Under the pieces are notes generated by a model. The model saw only the letters and a program-made list of their open reading frames with translations, was not told where the DNA came from and did no database searches. From an uncultured Campylobacter sp. (GTDB taxonomy: Bacteria; Actinomycetota; Actinomycetes; Mycobacteriales; Mycobacteriaceae), in the NCBI GenBank assembly GCA_946221035.1, contig CAMIME010000001.1, positions 111,490 to 175,489 of the forward strand: a stretch of 64,000 nucleotides of DNA. Direction: 5' to 3'. Shown one piece after another: positions 10,838-21,196 of this stretch (its first letter is position 1; each line of letters opens with the position of its first letter). A program made the position numbers and the translations under genes.

Positions 10838-12229
10838 ATGGTGAGCGCCTACCCGCGCCGCATCATGGGCGTGGAAACCGAATTCGCCATCGCAGCCTAC
10901 GACGGTGCGAACCCGGTCCTTAACCCGGAGGAGGTCTCGCGTTACCTGTTCCGGCCGGTGGTGGGGAAGTACCGCAGCTCGAACGTGTTCATTGAAAACG
11001 GTTCGCGCCTGTATTTGGACGTCGGCGCTCACCCGGAGTACGCGACAGCGGAGTGCGACTCGCTCACGCAGCTTCTCAACTACGACAAGGCCGGCGAGCG
11101 GATCTACAACGACCTGGCGCAGGAGGCGACCGAGGCGCTGGTGAAAGACGGGTTCGACTGCTCCGTCTACTTGTTCAAAAACAACGTCGATTCGTTGGGC
11201 AACTCCTACGGCGCGCACGAAAACTACCTGATCAGCCGCGAGCTGGTCCTGAAATCCTTCAGCGAACGTTTGCTGCCCTATTTGATCACCCGCCAGCTCA
11301 TCTGCGGGGCCGGGATGATCAACGACGGGGCCTTTGTCGTTTCCCAGCGCGCGGACCAGGTGTGGGAGGGCGTGTCGAGCGCGACCACGCGAACCCGGCC
11401 GATCATCAACACCCGCGACGAGCCGCACGGTGACTCCCGCAAGTTCCGCCGCATGCACGTCATCGTGGGCGACTCGAACATGGCAGAGCCCACGTTCGCG
11501 CTCAAGGTCGGGTCGATGCTGCTGCTCCTGGAGATGCTGGAGGCGGATTTCGACTTGCCCGATCTCCAGGTCGAGGACCCGATTTCGCACATCCGCGACA
11601 TCTCCCACGACCTCACGGGGCAAACCCCGCTGAACTTAGTCGGGGGCGGGACGATCACTGCGCTCGAGGTGCAGCAGGCCACCCTTGAGGCGGCCAAGCG
11701 GTGGCTTGAGGTGCGCCCGGATGAGGGCACGCCGAACGAGGAGCTCGCGCGAGTGTGCGACCTGTGGGAACGGACCTTGAGGGCAATCGAGCTCCAGAAT
11801 TTCTCTGGTGTCAGTCAGGAGATCGACTGGGTAATCAAGCTCAACTTGCTCGCCCAGTTCAAGGCGAAGCTCGGCTGCGACTGGGACCACCCAAAGCTGA
11901 AGCAGATCGACCTGACGTACCACGACATCAACCCGCAGAGGAGCCTCTTTTACTACCTCCAAAGCAAGTCGATGGTGCAGCGCTGGACGGACGACGAGGC
12001 GATTGATTTGGCCCGTACGACACCGCCGCCAACCACCCGCGCGGCGCTAAGGGGCAGATTCCTAGAGGCCGTGCGGCCGACCGAGCTTGGGCATAATGTG
12101 GACTGGGTCAATGTCAAAGTCAACCGGCCGGAACCGCGCACGGTTGAGCTGCTCGATCCGTTTGCGAACGAGGACGAGCGGATCGACGAGCTCATCGAGT
12201 TCATCCGGGTGAATTCCGAAGAAGGGTAG
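10838..12229 (+). CDS. pafA: Pup--protein ligase PafA
   Basis: Translation begins MGVETEFAI, the Pup-ligase family signature, and is paralogous to Dop. It sits directly downstream of pup. Confidence 0.9.
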   Translation: MVSAYPRRIMGVETEFAIAAYDGANPVLNPEEVSRYLFRPVVGKYRSSNVFIENGSRLYLDVGAHPEYATAECDSLTQLLNYDKAGERIYNDLAQEATEALVKDGFDCSVYLFKNNVDSLGNSYGAHENYLISRELVLKSFSERLLPYLITRQLICGAGMINDGAFVVSQRADQVWEGVSSATTRTRPIINTRDEPHGDSRKFRRMHVIVGDSNMAEPTFALKVGSMLLLLEMLEADFDLPDLQVEDPISHIRDISHDLTGQTPLNLVGGGTITALEVQQATLEAAKRWLEVRPDEGTPNEELARVCDLWERTLRAIELQNFSGVSQEIDWVIKLNLLAQFKAKLGCDWDHPKLKQIDLTYHDINPQRSLFYYLQSKSMVQRWTDDEAIDLARTTPPPTTRAALRGRFLEAVRPTELGHNVDWVNVKVNRPEPRTVELLDPFANEDERIDELIEFIRVNSEEG

Positions 12230-12235
12230 GCAACC

Positions 12236-13177
12236 GTGGCCGACGACTCAGCGCTGGTCAGCCGGCAGGTCAACCTCACGTTCGCGCTCCTGGCCTCTCG
12301 GGGCCGGCGCGACATCGAATGGATTCAGCGAAACGTCGACGGCTACGGGGGGCGGACCCGGGAAGCCGCGGGCAAGCTCGTGGTGCGAGATGTTGAGGAA
12401 CTGCAGGCGATGTGGGTGCCGGTGCACTACCTCGACGGCGAGGTGTGGTTGGACAAGGACCTCTACGAGCTTCCGCCGATTGACCTCACCGCGGAGGAGG
12501 CGACGGCGGTCGGGCTGGCGGTCGACGTTAGCCAATCCGGCAGCCTGGGGGCCTTTGCCCGATCTGGGTGGACAAAGCTGGCGGCGTCGGGTGCGACGCG
12601 CACTTTCGACGCGCCTGCCCTGGAATCGGTGTCCAACGACATCATGCAGCTGGACCCGGACACGTTCCGGGCGATCGTTGCCTGCGTGCGCCACCGCGTC
12701 CGCATCTCCTTCGACTTCGTGCGTGCGGCCGGCAAGCCGTCCGAGCGTAGGACGATCGACCCGTGGGGCATCGTGCCCTTGAACAACCGGGCCTACCTTG
12801 TGGGCTATGACGTGGACCGGGAGGCGGAGCGGGTCTTTCGCGTGCGCAAAGTGTCCAAGGTCAAGCGGGTTCGCGAGGCCGGCACCTTCCACCCGCCGAC
12901 CCGGCCGCTGCAGGAGGTGGTGGAAGACGCACTGCGCGGTGAGGTTACTGACGCTGTGATCACGCTCGATGCCCCCACCGGTGAGGAACTCGCGCGGCGG
13001 GGATCGCGCGACGGCGACACTATTGTCCTGCGCGGGGTAGAGCGGGATTGGGTGGTGCGCACGACGGCGAGTCTCGCGGGAAACCTCGTTGCGGTGGAGC
13101 CGGAGGACATCCGCCGGGAGGTGGTCGCGTTACTTCAAAGCGCTATCGGGGATGAGGAAGGAAACGGCCGTGGATAG
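12236..13177 (+). CDS. pafB: HTH/WYL-domain transcriptional regulator PafB
   Basis: The GTG start is 7 bp after the pafA stop. It has an HTH plus WYL domain architecture and the conserved pafABC order. Confidence 0.75.
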   Translation: MADDSALVSRQVNLTFALLASRGRRDIEWIQRNVDGYGGRTREAAGKLVVRDVEELQAMWVPVHYLDGEVWLDKDLYELPPIDLTAEEATAVGLAVDVSQSGSLGAFARSGWTKLAASGATRTFDAPALESVSNDIMQLDPDTFRAIVACVRHRVRISFDFVRAAGKPSERRTIDPWGIVPLNNRAYLVGYDVDREAERVFRVRKVSKVKRVREAGTFHPPTRPLQEVVEDALRGEVTDAVITLDAPTGEELARRGSRDGDTIVLRGVERDWVVRTTASLAGNLVAVEPEDIRREVVALLQSAIGDEEGNGRG

Positions 13178-14093
13178 GTTGCAGCAGCGGCGCGAGCGCA
13201 TTGTGCGCTTGCTTAACCTGGTGGCTTACGCGTCGAAGCACCCGGACCTGACACCCATGGAGATCGCACGGGATCTGGGTGCGGACCCTGAAGAGGTGCG
13301 CGATGACTTGGATCTCATTCACCTCTCCGGCATTGGCAACGGCCCCGGCGAGATGATCGAGCTCGAGCACTCCTGGCGGCGAGTGCAAATCATCGATTCG
13401 AAGGGGCTGGACAAGCCCTTGCGGCTGACTCCAACTGAGGCGAACGTGCTGCTCGTGCTCCTGGATTCACTGGAGACCATGCCGGCGCTGGTCAACCACG
13501 AAGCGGTGACCTCGGCCGCGGCGAAAATCCGGGCGGCCACCAAGGCCCGCGGCGTGGATGACGCGCAGCATTCCGCGGACGCCGGGGTCTCGACAGTGCT
13601 CGCGCAGGCGCTCTCGCAGCGCCGCCCGCTGACTTTGACCTACTACTCCGCGTCATCCGACACGACGACCACGCGTGAGGTCGAGCCACTCAGCCTGTTC
13701 CACCAGAGCGGCCACACGTACCTCCGGGCGACGCAGGCGGGCGAGCCCAAGACCTTCAGGCTTGATCGCATCACCGACGCCTCGCTTCTCGACGGCTCCG
13801 TTGCCACCGCCCCGTCACCCTTCAACCCGCAGGATCCTTTTGGCCTCGACGAGTTGCCGGAGGCACAGCTCGCCGTGCACCCGGACGCCACGTGGCTTGC
13901 GGATTACTGGCAGATCGACCTGCGCTCACCCACAGACAACGGGTGGGTTGATGCAGGGATGCGGTACGGGTCGGAGGACTGGCTCGTACGCTTCTGCCTC
14001 GGTCAAGCCGACCGGGTGCGCCTCATTGCTCCCGCGCACTTAGCCGACACGGTAAGTAGTCGCGCGAAACGTGCGGTCGAGGCGTTAGACTAA
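13151..14093 (+). CDS. pafC: HTH/WYL-domain transcriptional regulator PafC
   Basis: It overlaps the pafB 3' end and starts at the ATG at 13151 (MRKETAVDRLQQRRERI). It has a WYL domain (FRLDRITDASLL). Confidence 0.7.
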
Positions 14094-14124
14094 CCGGACA
14101 CGAAAGCCTTTTGAAAGGAACCTC

Positions 14125-14406
14125 ATGCCAAGCCTTGGTTGGTCGGAAGTCCTCATTATCCTGGTCATCGTTCTCTTGCTGTTCGGTGCCAACAAGCTTC
14201 CGGAGCTCGCCCGCTCCATGGGCCGCTCCGCCCGCATTTTCAAGTCCGAGGTCAAGGAGATGCGTGCGGAAGACGAGGCAGCGAACGCCGCTCGTCCGGT
14301 GGCCGCGACGCAGCACGAGATTGAGTCGCCGACCGCGCAGGAGACCCGCAGCGCCGCCCAGGAGGCGGACTTCTGGGACCGCCCGGAGAACCAGCCGCGC
14401 CGCTAA
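14125..14406 (+). CDS. tatA: Sec-independent protein translocase subunit TatA
   Basis: This small protein begins MPSLGWSEVLIILVIVLLLFGANKLPEL, the TatA TM-hinge-amphipathic signature. An AAAGGAA ribosome-binding site lies upstream. Confidence 0.9.
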   Translation: MPSLGWSEVLIILVIVLLLFGANKLPELARSMGRSARIFKSEVKEMRAEDEAANAARPVAATQHEIESPTAQETRSAAQEADFWDRPENQPRR

Positions 14407-14412
14407 CGCCGT

Positions 14413-15420
14413 ATGGCACCCATTCGTATGCGCAGGAGGAAGAACTCGACCGGCGAAATGCCGCTGATCGAGCACCTCAAGGAGCTGCGGCGCCGCGTCA
14501 TCGTATCCCTCGCCGCAGCGTTCGTCGGCACCGTGATCGGTTTCATCTGGTACCAAAACGCCCCCGGGTCCCTTATGCCACTCGGCGAGATCATCCGCGG
14601 CCCATACTGTAACCTGCCGGATCATCTGCGGGCGGATTTCACCGGTGACGGCGAATGCCGCCTGCTGGCCACCAACCCGTTCGAGATGTTTATGCTGCGC
14701 CTCAAAGTCGGCGCGTTGGCAGGGCTTGTCCTGTCCTCGCCTGTGTGGCTCACGCAGATCTGGAACTTCATCACCCCCGGTCTACACAAGAACGAACGGC
14801 GCTACACGATGTCGTTTGTCTCCTTGGCTGTCCTCCTTTTCGTGGCGGGCGCGATGCTCGCGTATTTCGTGTTGGACCAGGGCTTGTACGTGCTTATGTC
14901 GATGGGGTCGGAGTTCCAGGTGGCGGCACTATCCGGTGGGGAGTACTACAACTTCCTGCTCGCGCTCATCATCATCTTCGGTGTGAGTTTCGAGGTGCCC
15001 CTCATTATCGTCATGCTCAACCTTGCCGGCCTGCTGCGCTACGAGCACGTGCAGGACAAGCGGCGCATGATCATCGTGGGCATCTTTATATTCGCGGCGT
15101 TCATGACTCCCGGGCAGGACCCTATTTCGATGCTGGCCCTCGCCTTAGCCATCACGCTGTTGGTAGAGATGGCGTTCCAATTCTGCCGGGTGCACGACAA
15201 GCGGATGAAGCGCCAACGGCCAGACTGGCTCGATATCTCGGACGAGGAGGCCTCCGGCCCGATCGCCCGGCCGGAGCCGATTGGCGTAGGCGGGGCTCCC
15301 GCGGCCGAGACGATTGATGCGCCGACTCCGGTGAGTGCGCCGAAACCGGTGGGTGCCGGAGGTGGCGTCGGTACGCAAACACGCCCGTCGAACCCGCGGA
15401 ATTTCGACGACGTTCTGTAA
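14413..15420 (+). CDS. tatC: Sec-independent protein translocase subunit TatC
   Basis: A polytopic membrane protein with the TatC motif EHLKELRRR. An alternative start is possible at the ATG near 14458. Confidence 0.85.
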   Translation: MAPIRMRRRKNSTGEMPLIEHLKELRRRVIVSLAAAFVGTVIGFIWYQNAPGSLMPLGEIIRGPYCNLPDHLRADFTGDGECRLLATNPFEMFMLRLKVGALAGLVLSSPVWLTQIWNFITPGLHKNERRYTMSFVSLAVLLFVAGAMLAYFVLDQGLYVLMSMGSEFQVAALSGGEYYNFLLALIIIFGVSFEVPLIIVMLNLAGLLRYEHVQDKRRMIIVGIFIFAAFMTPGQDPISMLALALAITLLVEMAFQFCRVHDKRMKRQRPDWLDISDEEASGPIARPEPIGVGGAPAAETIDAPTPVSAPKPVGAGGGVGTQTRPSNPRNFDDVL

Positions 15421-15437
15421 GACGTACTGTAAGGGGC

Positions 15438-18200
15438 ATGTCTTTCCTGCAGGAGTTCGCCGCATCGAAACCGTTTTCCCTCGACGAGTTCCAGCTCGAA
15501 GCCTGCCGAGTAGTCGAGGACGACCGCGGGGTCCTCGTATGCGCCCCAACCGGCTCGGGCAAAACGGTAGTGGGCGAGTTCGCTGTGGCGTTGGCGCTGT
15601 CGCGCGGGACGAAGTGCTTTTACACCACGCCGATTAAGGCGCTGAGCAACCAGAAGTACCACGATCTCGTTGCTGAGCATGGGGAGGACGCGGTGGGCTT
15701 GCTCACCGGCGATGTCAGCATCAACGGCAGCGCGGATGTGGTCGTGATGACCACCGAGGTGTTGCGAAACATGCTCTACGCGGAGTCACCACAGCTCGAC
15801 CGGCTGACGCATGTGGTGATGGATGAGATCCACTACCTGGCCGACCGTGATCGGGGCGCGGTGTGGGAGGAGATCATCCTCAACCTGCACGAATCCGTGA
15901 GCGTCATCGGTCTGTCGGCGACGGTGTCGAACTCGGAGGAGTTCGGCGAGTGGCTTTCTACGGTGCGCGGTGACACGGAAGTCATTGTCACCGAGCACCG
16001 CCCCGTACCTTTAAGCCAGTACATGCTGGTAGGGCGCAAGGTGTTCCCGCTGTTCGAACCCGGCGGGGACGGGCGGGTGAACCGGGAGCTCGAGCACGCT
16101 ATCGAACGGATCGAGGCCGGCTCCGGCGACGAGGGGCGGCGCGATTTCGAGGAGGGGCGCGGTTTCCGCTCGCGTGCCGGCGGGCGCCGCAGCGGGCGTG
16201 AACGGGGGCAGGATCGCTTCCGCCCGATCGGTCGCCCGGAAGTGGTCACGGCGCTGCAGGGCCGCGACATGCTGCCGGCGATCGTGTTCATCTTCTCCCG
16301 CGCCGGCTGCGACGGCGCCCTGTTCCAGTGCCTGCGCTCGCGTAAGGTGCTCACGACGCCGGAGGAGCAGGAAGAGATCACACAGCTTATCGACGACGGC
16401 GTGGTCGGCATCCCCGAAGAAGACCTCGAAGTATTGAATTTCCGGCAGCTGCGCACTGCATGGTCGCGCGGCTTCGCGGCCCACCACGCCGGCCTACTAC
16501 CAGCGTTCAAACACATCGTGGAGCAGCTGTTTGTGCGCGGGTTGGTGAAGGTGGTGTTCGCAACTGAGACGCTGGCACTTGGCATCAACATGCCTGCGCG
16601 CACCGTGGTGCTGGAGAAGATGGTGAAGTTCAACGGCGAGGCGCACGTCGATCTCACCCCTGGCCAGTACACGCAGCTCACCGGGCGTGCTGGCCGCCGC
16701 GGCATCGACCACATTGGGAACGCGGTGGTCCAGTGGGCCCCGGCGATGGACCCCCGGGAGGTCGCGGGGCTTGCCTCCACCCGCACCTACCCGCTCATTT
16801 CTCAGTTCCAACCGGGCTACAACATGGCCATCAACATGTTGGCCATGAACGGCTACGAGGACTCCATTCGCCTGATCGAGCAGTCGTTCGCACAGTTCCA
16901 AACCGACCGTTCAGTGGTGGGGGAGGTGCGTGACATCGAGCGCTTGGAGCAGCAAGTCGAAGATTTGAGGGGCAAGCTCGACCGGGAGGTCGCCGCGTTC
17001 GCTCCACCTTCAGAACGCGGCCCGGACGAGGCCGCGGAGGAGCTCGTGGAGTACATGGAGCTGCGCAGGCAGCTGTCGGAGGAAGAAAAGAAGGCCCGGC
17101 GCGATTCCCTGGATTCGCGCCACAGCGAAACGGTTGCGATCCTGGGCAGGCTGCAGGTCGGCGAGGTGATCGCGCTACCGGGGAAGCGGAAACCGGAACT
17201 GGCTGCGGTGATTCAAGCAGCGGGCAAGCCGCACGACCCCAGGCCCTGGGTGACCACGGAGCGCGGGTGGTCGGGCCGCATCGACGCGGCAGCGTTTCGC
17301 AACCCGCCGATGGTGGTGGGGCGGGTCAAGGTGCCGCGACACATGCAGGACCAGCCGCGGCGTCACACGCGCAAGATCGTGGAACTTCTGAACCGCGGGC
17401 ACTACAACGCGCCGAAGCGGCTGCGCGAGGAGGCACGTGTGCGCCCGAGCAAACAGGTCACGGCCCTGCGGGAGGCGATCCGCCACCACCCGGTGCACGG
17501 CTGGCCCGCGGCGGACCGGGAGGCGCTTGCCCGCACGGCAGAGCAGCTTGTGCGCGACCAGCGCAAGCTCGCTTCAGTGCAGCGGCGTGTTGATGACTCC
17601 ACGGATTCCCTCGGCCGCACCTTCGAGCGCATCATCGGTTTGCTGGCTGAGCTGGACTACGTCGAGATTGCGGGGGGCGAGCCCGAGGTGACGGAGGAGG
17701 GGGAGCGCCTCTCGCGGATCCATAACGTCTCCGACCTCCTGGTTGCGCAGTGCCTGAAGCGCGGCATCTGGGACGATCTCGACCCGGCGGAACTGGCCGG
17801 GGTCGCCTCCATGGTGGTGTTTGAGAACCGGCGCGCGACAGGCGGGTCCCCGGAGGCGGCAACGGACGCGATGGCGGACGCGATGAACGACACGATGCGT
17901 GTGTACAACGAACTCGTCAGCGACGAGCAGCGCCACGGCCTGCCCGCAACCCGGTTACCGGACGCGGGGTTCTCGCTCTCCCTGCACCAGTGGACTGCCG
18001 GCGCGCCGCTCGGCTACGCCCTGGCTGCCGCGGCGGAATCTGGCGCGGAGCTCACTCCCGGCGACTTCGTCCGCTGGTGCCGGCAGGTGATTGACTTGCT
18101 CGAGCAGATCAAGAAGACCGGGTACTCAGACCGGATCAGGGACAACGCGAACCGCGCGGTCGAGGCTATCCGCCGCGGCGTGGTGGCCATCGGCAACTAG
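15438..18200 (+). CDS. helY: Ski2-like DEAD/DEAH-box RNA helicase HelY
   Basis: It has the motifs APTGSGKT and DEIH and the Ski2/DSHCT-like architecture, at about 920 aa, and follows tatAC as in mycobacteria and corynebacteria. Confidence 0.85.
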   Translation: MSFLQEFAASKPFSLDEFQLEACRVVEDDRGVLVCAPTGSGKTVVGEFAVALALSRGTKCFYTTPIKALSNQKYHDLVAEHGEDAVGLLTGDVSINGSADVVVMTTEVLRNMLYAESPQLDRLTHVVMDEIHYLADRDRGAVWEEIILNLHESVSVIGLSATVSNSEEFGEWLSTVRGDTEVIVTEHRPVPLSQYMLVGRKVFPLFEPGGDGRVNRELEHAIERIEAGSGDEGRRDFEEGRGFRSRAGGRRSGRERGQDRFRPIGRPEVVTALQGRDMLPAIVFIFSRAGCDGALFQCLRSRKVLTTPEEQEEITQLIDDGVVGIPEEDLEVLNFRQLRTAWSRGFAAHHAGLLPAFKHIVEQLFVRGLVKVVFATETLALGINMPARTVVLEKMVKFNGEAHVDLTPGQYTQLTGRAGRRGIDHIGNAVVQWAPAMDPREVAGLASTRTYPLISQFQPGYNMAINMLAMNGYEDSIRLIEQSFAQFQTDRSVVGEVRDIERLEQQVEDLRGKLDREVAAFAPPSERGPDEAAEELVEYMELRRQLSEEEKKARRDSLDSRHSETVAILGRLQVGEVIALPGKRKPELAAVIQAAGKPHDPRPWVTTERGWSGRIDAAAFRNPPMVVGRVKVPRHMQDQPRRHTRKIVELLNRGHYNAPKRLREEARVRPSKQVTALREAIRHHPVHGWPAADREALARTAEQLVRDQRKLASVQRRVDDSTDSLGRTFERIIGLLAELDYVEIAGGEPEVTEEGERLSRIHNVSDLLVAQCLKRGIWDDLDPAELAGVASMVVFENRRATGGSPEAATDAMADAMNDTMRVYNELVSDEQRHGLPATRLPDAGFSLSLHQWTAGAPLGYALAAAAESGAELTPGDFVRWCRQVIDLLEQIKKTGYSDRIRDNANRAVEAIRRGVVAIGN

Positions 18201-18778
18201 GCCTGCGCTGCCGGCCGGAAGCCCGGAGGCAACAGGGCCACCGTGGCAAGCCGCAGGTTCACCCCGAAGGGGTCGAGGATGAGGCTCTGCACACCTACCA
18301 CGCGGCCGTCAACGAGCACGGGCCCGCCGGAATCGCCCTTCACGGCGGGTGGGGTGGCCACAACCAAGCCCGCGGGCCGCACGATGGTGCGCATGCCCCG
18401 CGACAGCGCGATGGGCAGGGTTGCCACGTACCACCCGGGGCGTGCTGCGGGAGCAGGCGCGTGCCCTCCGAAGCCGAAGGTGACCGTCCTCGCACCCACC
18501 TTCGGCGCCGCGCCGACCTCCAACGGCGGGGCAGGAACCGGCCGGGCCAGTGTCAACAGCGCGATGTCGGTGCCAGCCAGGGCGGTGGTGGAGGTGACGG
18601 GGAGACGTGAGCCGTCGAGAAGCACTTCGAGCTCCTCGGTGGCGCGCCCGCGGAGGAAGTGCGCGCAGGTCAGCACCCGATCCGGCGCCACTAGCGCACC
18701 CGAGCAGTAACCACCAGGGCCCACGATGCGGGCAATCGAACGGGGCAGGGCAGATCTCACCACCGCGATGGTAGCCAC
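18197..18778 (-). CDS. Trypsin-like (S1 family) serine peptidase, small, with no evident signal peptide
   Basis: His motif LTCAHF, Ser motif GDSGGP; no hydrophobic N-terminal leader in the translation. Confidence 0.55.
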   Translation of the reverse strand: MATIAVVRSALPRSIARIVGPGGYCSGALVAPDRVLTCAHFLRGRATEELEVLLDGSRLPVTSTTALAGTDIALLTLARPVPAPPLEVGAAPKVGARTVTFGFGGHAPAPAARPGWYVATLPIALSRGMRTIVRPAGLVVATPPAVKGDSGGPVLVDGRVVGVQSLILDPFGVNLRLATVALLPPGFRPAAQA

Positions 18779-18791
18779 TTACCATGGCCCC

Positions 18792-19880
18792 ATGACTGCT
18801 TTCGACGCTTCCGTCTTCGCGCAGCGGCGAGCCGACGCCGCCCAGCTGGTCAGGCGCGGTGGGCTCGGTGGGTTCATTATCGGCACCGGCCCGGAACTTG
18901 CCTACCTCACGGGCTCGTGGACGACCTCGCACGAGCGGCTCACCGCACTGATCATCCCGCCGAGCGGGCAAGCGCGGCTTCTCGCCCCCGCCACGGATTC
19001 CGGGAGCTTCGAGCGTATCGACGTCCCCGTAACCACCTGGAAGGACGGCGACGACCCGTACCGGATGGCCGCGCAGCTGGTGGATGACGCCCCGGTAGGG
19101 CTGGGTTCATCACTGACCGCCGATCACGTCTTCGCGCTGCAGGCGGTGCTTGATCAAACCGTCCTTGCCAGCGAGGCCGTCGCCGAGCTGTTCATGGTGA
19201 AAGATGCCGTAGAAGCCGAGCAGCTCGCCCGCGCCGGAGCGGCGATTGACCGCGTCCACGACCGGGTCGCGGGCCTGCTGGTACCCGGGCGGACGGAGCG
19301 CGAGGTGGCCCAGGCACTCGAGCTGCTCATCCTCGAAGAGCACGAGCGGGTCGAGTTCATCATCGTCGGCTCCGGCCCAAACGGGTCGAACCCGCACCAC
19401 GACTTCTCCGACCGCGTGCTGCAGCCCGGTGACCCCGTCGTCGTCGACCTCGGCGGAGCGCTGGACACCGGCTACCAATCCGACTGCACCCGCACACACA
19501 TCGTGCCCGGGGATTCGGCGCCCGCCGACTTCGCCGAGGCAGCGCGGGTGCTGGAGGAGGCGTTTTCGGCTGCGTGCGCGGCGGCCCGCCCCGGGATCAC
19601 GGCCGGCCAGCTCGACGCGGCGGCGCGGGGTGTTATCGAACGCGCGGGGTACGGCGAGCTGTTCACCCACCGCCTTGGCCACGGGATTGGGCTGGCGGGC
19701 CACGAGGCCCCCTTCATCATCGGTGGATCCGACGTCGTGCTCCAAGAGGGCATGGTGTTCTCTATCGAACCCGGCCTGTACAAGCCGGGGGAGTGGGGCA
19801 TGCGCATCGAAAACATCGTGCGGCTTAGCGCCGACGGCGCGCAGACGCTCAACTCGACCGAGTGGAGGATTCTGCCATGA
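18792..19880 (+). CDS. M24 family Xaa-Pro peptidase
   Basis: A creatinase/prolidase N-terminal domain is followed by the pita-bread metal-ligand motifs HRLGHGIGL and EPG. The start is placed at the ATG at 18792 to avoid overlapping the convergent protease gene. Confidence 0.75.
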   Translation: MTAFDASVFAQRRADAAQLVRRGGLGGFIIGTGPELAYLTGSWTTSHERLTALIIPPSGQARLLAPATDSGSFERIDVPVTTWKDGDDPYRMAAQLVDDAPVGLGSSLTADHVFALQAVLDQTVLASEAVAELFMVKDAVEAEQLARAGAAIDRVHDRVAGLLVPGRTEREVAQALELLILEEHERVEFIIVGSGPNGSNPHHDFSDRVLQPGDPVVVDLGGALDTGYQSDCTRTHIVPGDSAPADFAEAARVLEEAFSAACAAARPGITAGQLDAAARGVIERAGYGELFTHRLGHGIGLAGHEAPFIIGGSDVVLQEGMVFSIEPGLYKPGEWGMRIENIVRLSADGAQTLNSTEWRILP

Positions 19881-20611
19881 GCGCGAGCACGGATGGGGTA
19901 GTCCTCCTTCTCGGCGCCCGCAGCGACATCGGCGGAGAGATCGCCCGCAGAATCTGCCGGGGCAGGGATGTGGTGTTGGCCGCGCGGGGGAGGAAGGCGG
20001 GCGACGGAGACGTCGATAAGCAACTGCTCGATGCGGGGGCGCGCACCGTGCGGTGGCTGGATTTCGATGCCGCCGATGTGCAGTCGCACCGCGCGGTGGT
20101 GGAAGCGGCCGGGGACGTGCGCACAGCGATTGTCGCCTTCGGCATCCTCGGGGACCAGGAGCTGGCGGAGCGCGACGAGGCGGAGGCCGTGCGAATAGCC
20201 GAGGTGGACTATCTCGCGCAGGTCAGCATGCTCACCGTGCTCGCGGACGTGATGCAGCGCGGGGAGATCTACGCGTTTTCCTCCATCGCAGGCTGGCGGG
20301 CGCGGCGGGCCAACTACGTGTACGGGTCCACGAAAGCGGGACTCGATGCCTTCTGCCAGGGCCTGATGGATCGCCTCCACCGCAGCCAACTGCACCTGAT
20401 TCTGGCCCGACCGGGCTTTGTCATCGGGTCGATGACTGAGGGCATGACGCCCGCCATAATGTCGGTCACACCCGACGTGGTGGCCGATGCCGTTGTGGAG
20501 GCCGCGCGCAGGAACACAAGCGCCACGGTGTGGGTTCCGCGCCGCCTGGCACTGCTTGCCGCAGTCATGCGCATGGTGCCGCGTCCGATTTGGCGCCACA
20601 TGCCGAGATAG
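19877..20611 (+). CDS. SDR-family short-chain dehydrogenase/reductase
   Basis: It has an NAD(P)-binding Gly-rich motif LLLGARSDIGG and the catalytic motif YGSTKAGLD. Its ATG overlaps the stop of the preceding gene in an ATGA arrangement. Confidence 0.7.
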   Translation: MSASTDGVVLLLGARSDIGGEIARRICRGRDVVLAARGRKAGDGDVDKQLLDAGARTVRWLDFDAADVQSHRAVVEAAGDVRTAIVAFGILGDQELAERDEAEAVRIAEVDYLAQVSMLTVLADVMQRGEIYAFSSIAGWRARRANYVYGSTKAGLDAFCQGLMDRLHRSQLHLILARPGFVIGSMTEGMTPAIMSVTPDVVADAVVEAARRNTSATVWVPRRLALLAAVMRMVPRPIWRHMPR

Positions 20612-20638
20612 GTCCGTGTCGGCGGGGCAGGTAGTCTC

Positions 20639-21196
20639 GTGCGCATGCCGGTTGCCCTTCTTGCGTACTTTGTGGCGGAAGCCCTCGCGTTTTTTGCTGT
20701 GTCCAAGCTCATCGGTGTTGGCTGGGCGCTGTTCTGGATCTTTGGACTGATGGCCATCGGTGCCCTGTGCGCGGCGGTGTCGTTGCGCAGTGCCTTTGCC
20801 CGAGCGGCCCGCGGGCGTTCGTCGGTGGAGAAGCTCGCAGGGGATTCGGCGCTGCTGATCGTCGGGTGGGTGCTCAGCATCATCCCGGGCTACGTGTCCT
20901 CGGCGATTGGCCTGCTCCTCATCTTTGGGCCCACGCGTGCGGTCGTGCGACGCAGCCTGACCACCAAACTGCAGCAGCGTGTGGAGGATTTCGGCGTACG
21001 CGTCTACAACACCTCGCCGGTATCGCGCTACACCACCAGCTACGGCCGCTTCGCCCCGCAGGCGACGGATGAGCCTTCCGCACCTCGCGCTACGGACCAC
21101 CCCGTCATCGACGCTGATGAGCTTGAGCGTTGGTTCCGCATGGACGGCGGGGAGCCGGGTTCACAGCCAGGTTCGCAGCCCGGCAAGGGCGCGTAG
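20639..21196 (+). CDS. fxsA: FxsA-family membrane protein
   Basis: An N-terminal pair of TM helices with FxsA-like sequence is followed by a Pro/Ser-rich tail. It lies upstream of lnt/ppm, as Rv2053c does in mycobacteria. Confidence 0.6.
   Translation: MRMPVALLAYFVAEALAFFAVSKLIGVGWALFWIFGLMAIGALCAAVSLRSAFARAARGRSSVEKLAGDSALLIVGWVLSIIPGYVSSAIGLLLIFGPTRAVVRRSLTTKLQQRVEDFGVRVYNTSPVSRYTTSYGRFAPQATDEPSAPRATDHPVIDADELERWFRMDGGEPGSQPGSQPGKGA

Noticed and set aside
19472-21100. 542-aa minus-strand ORF
   Set aside because: It is antisense to the M24 peptidase, SDR and fxsA genes, and its composition is low-complexity with no motifs.
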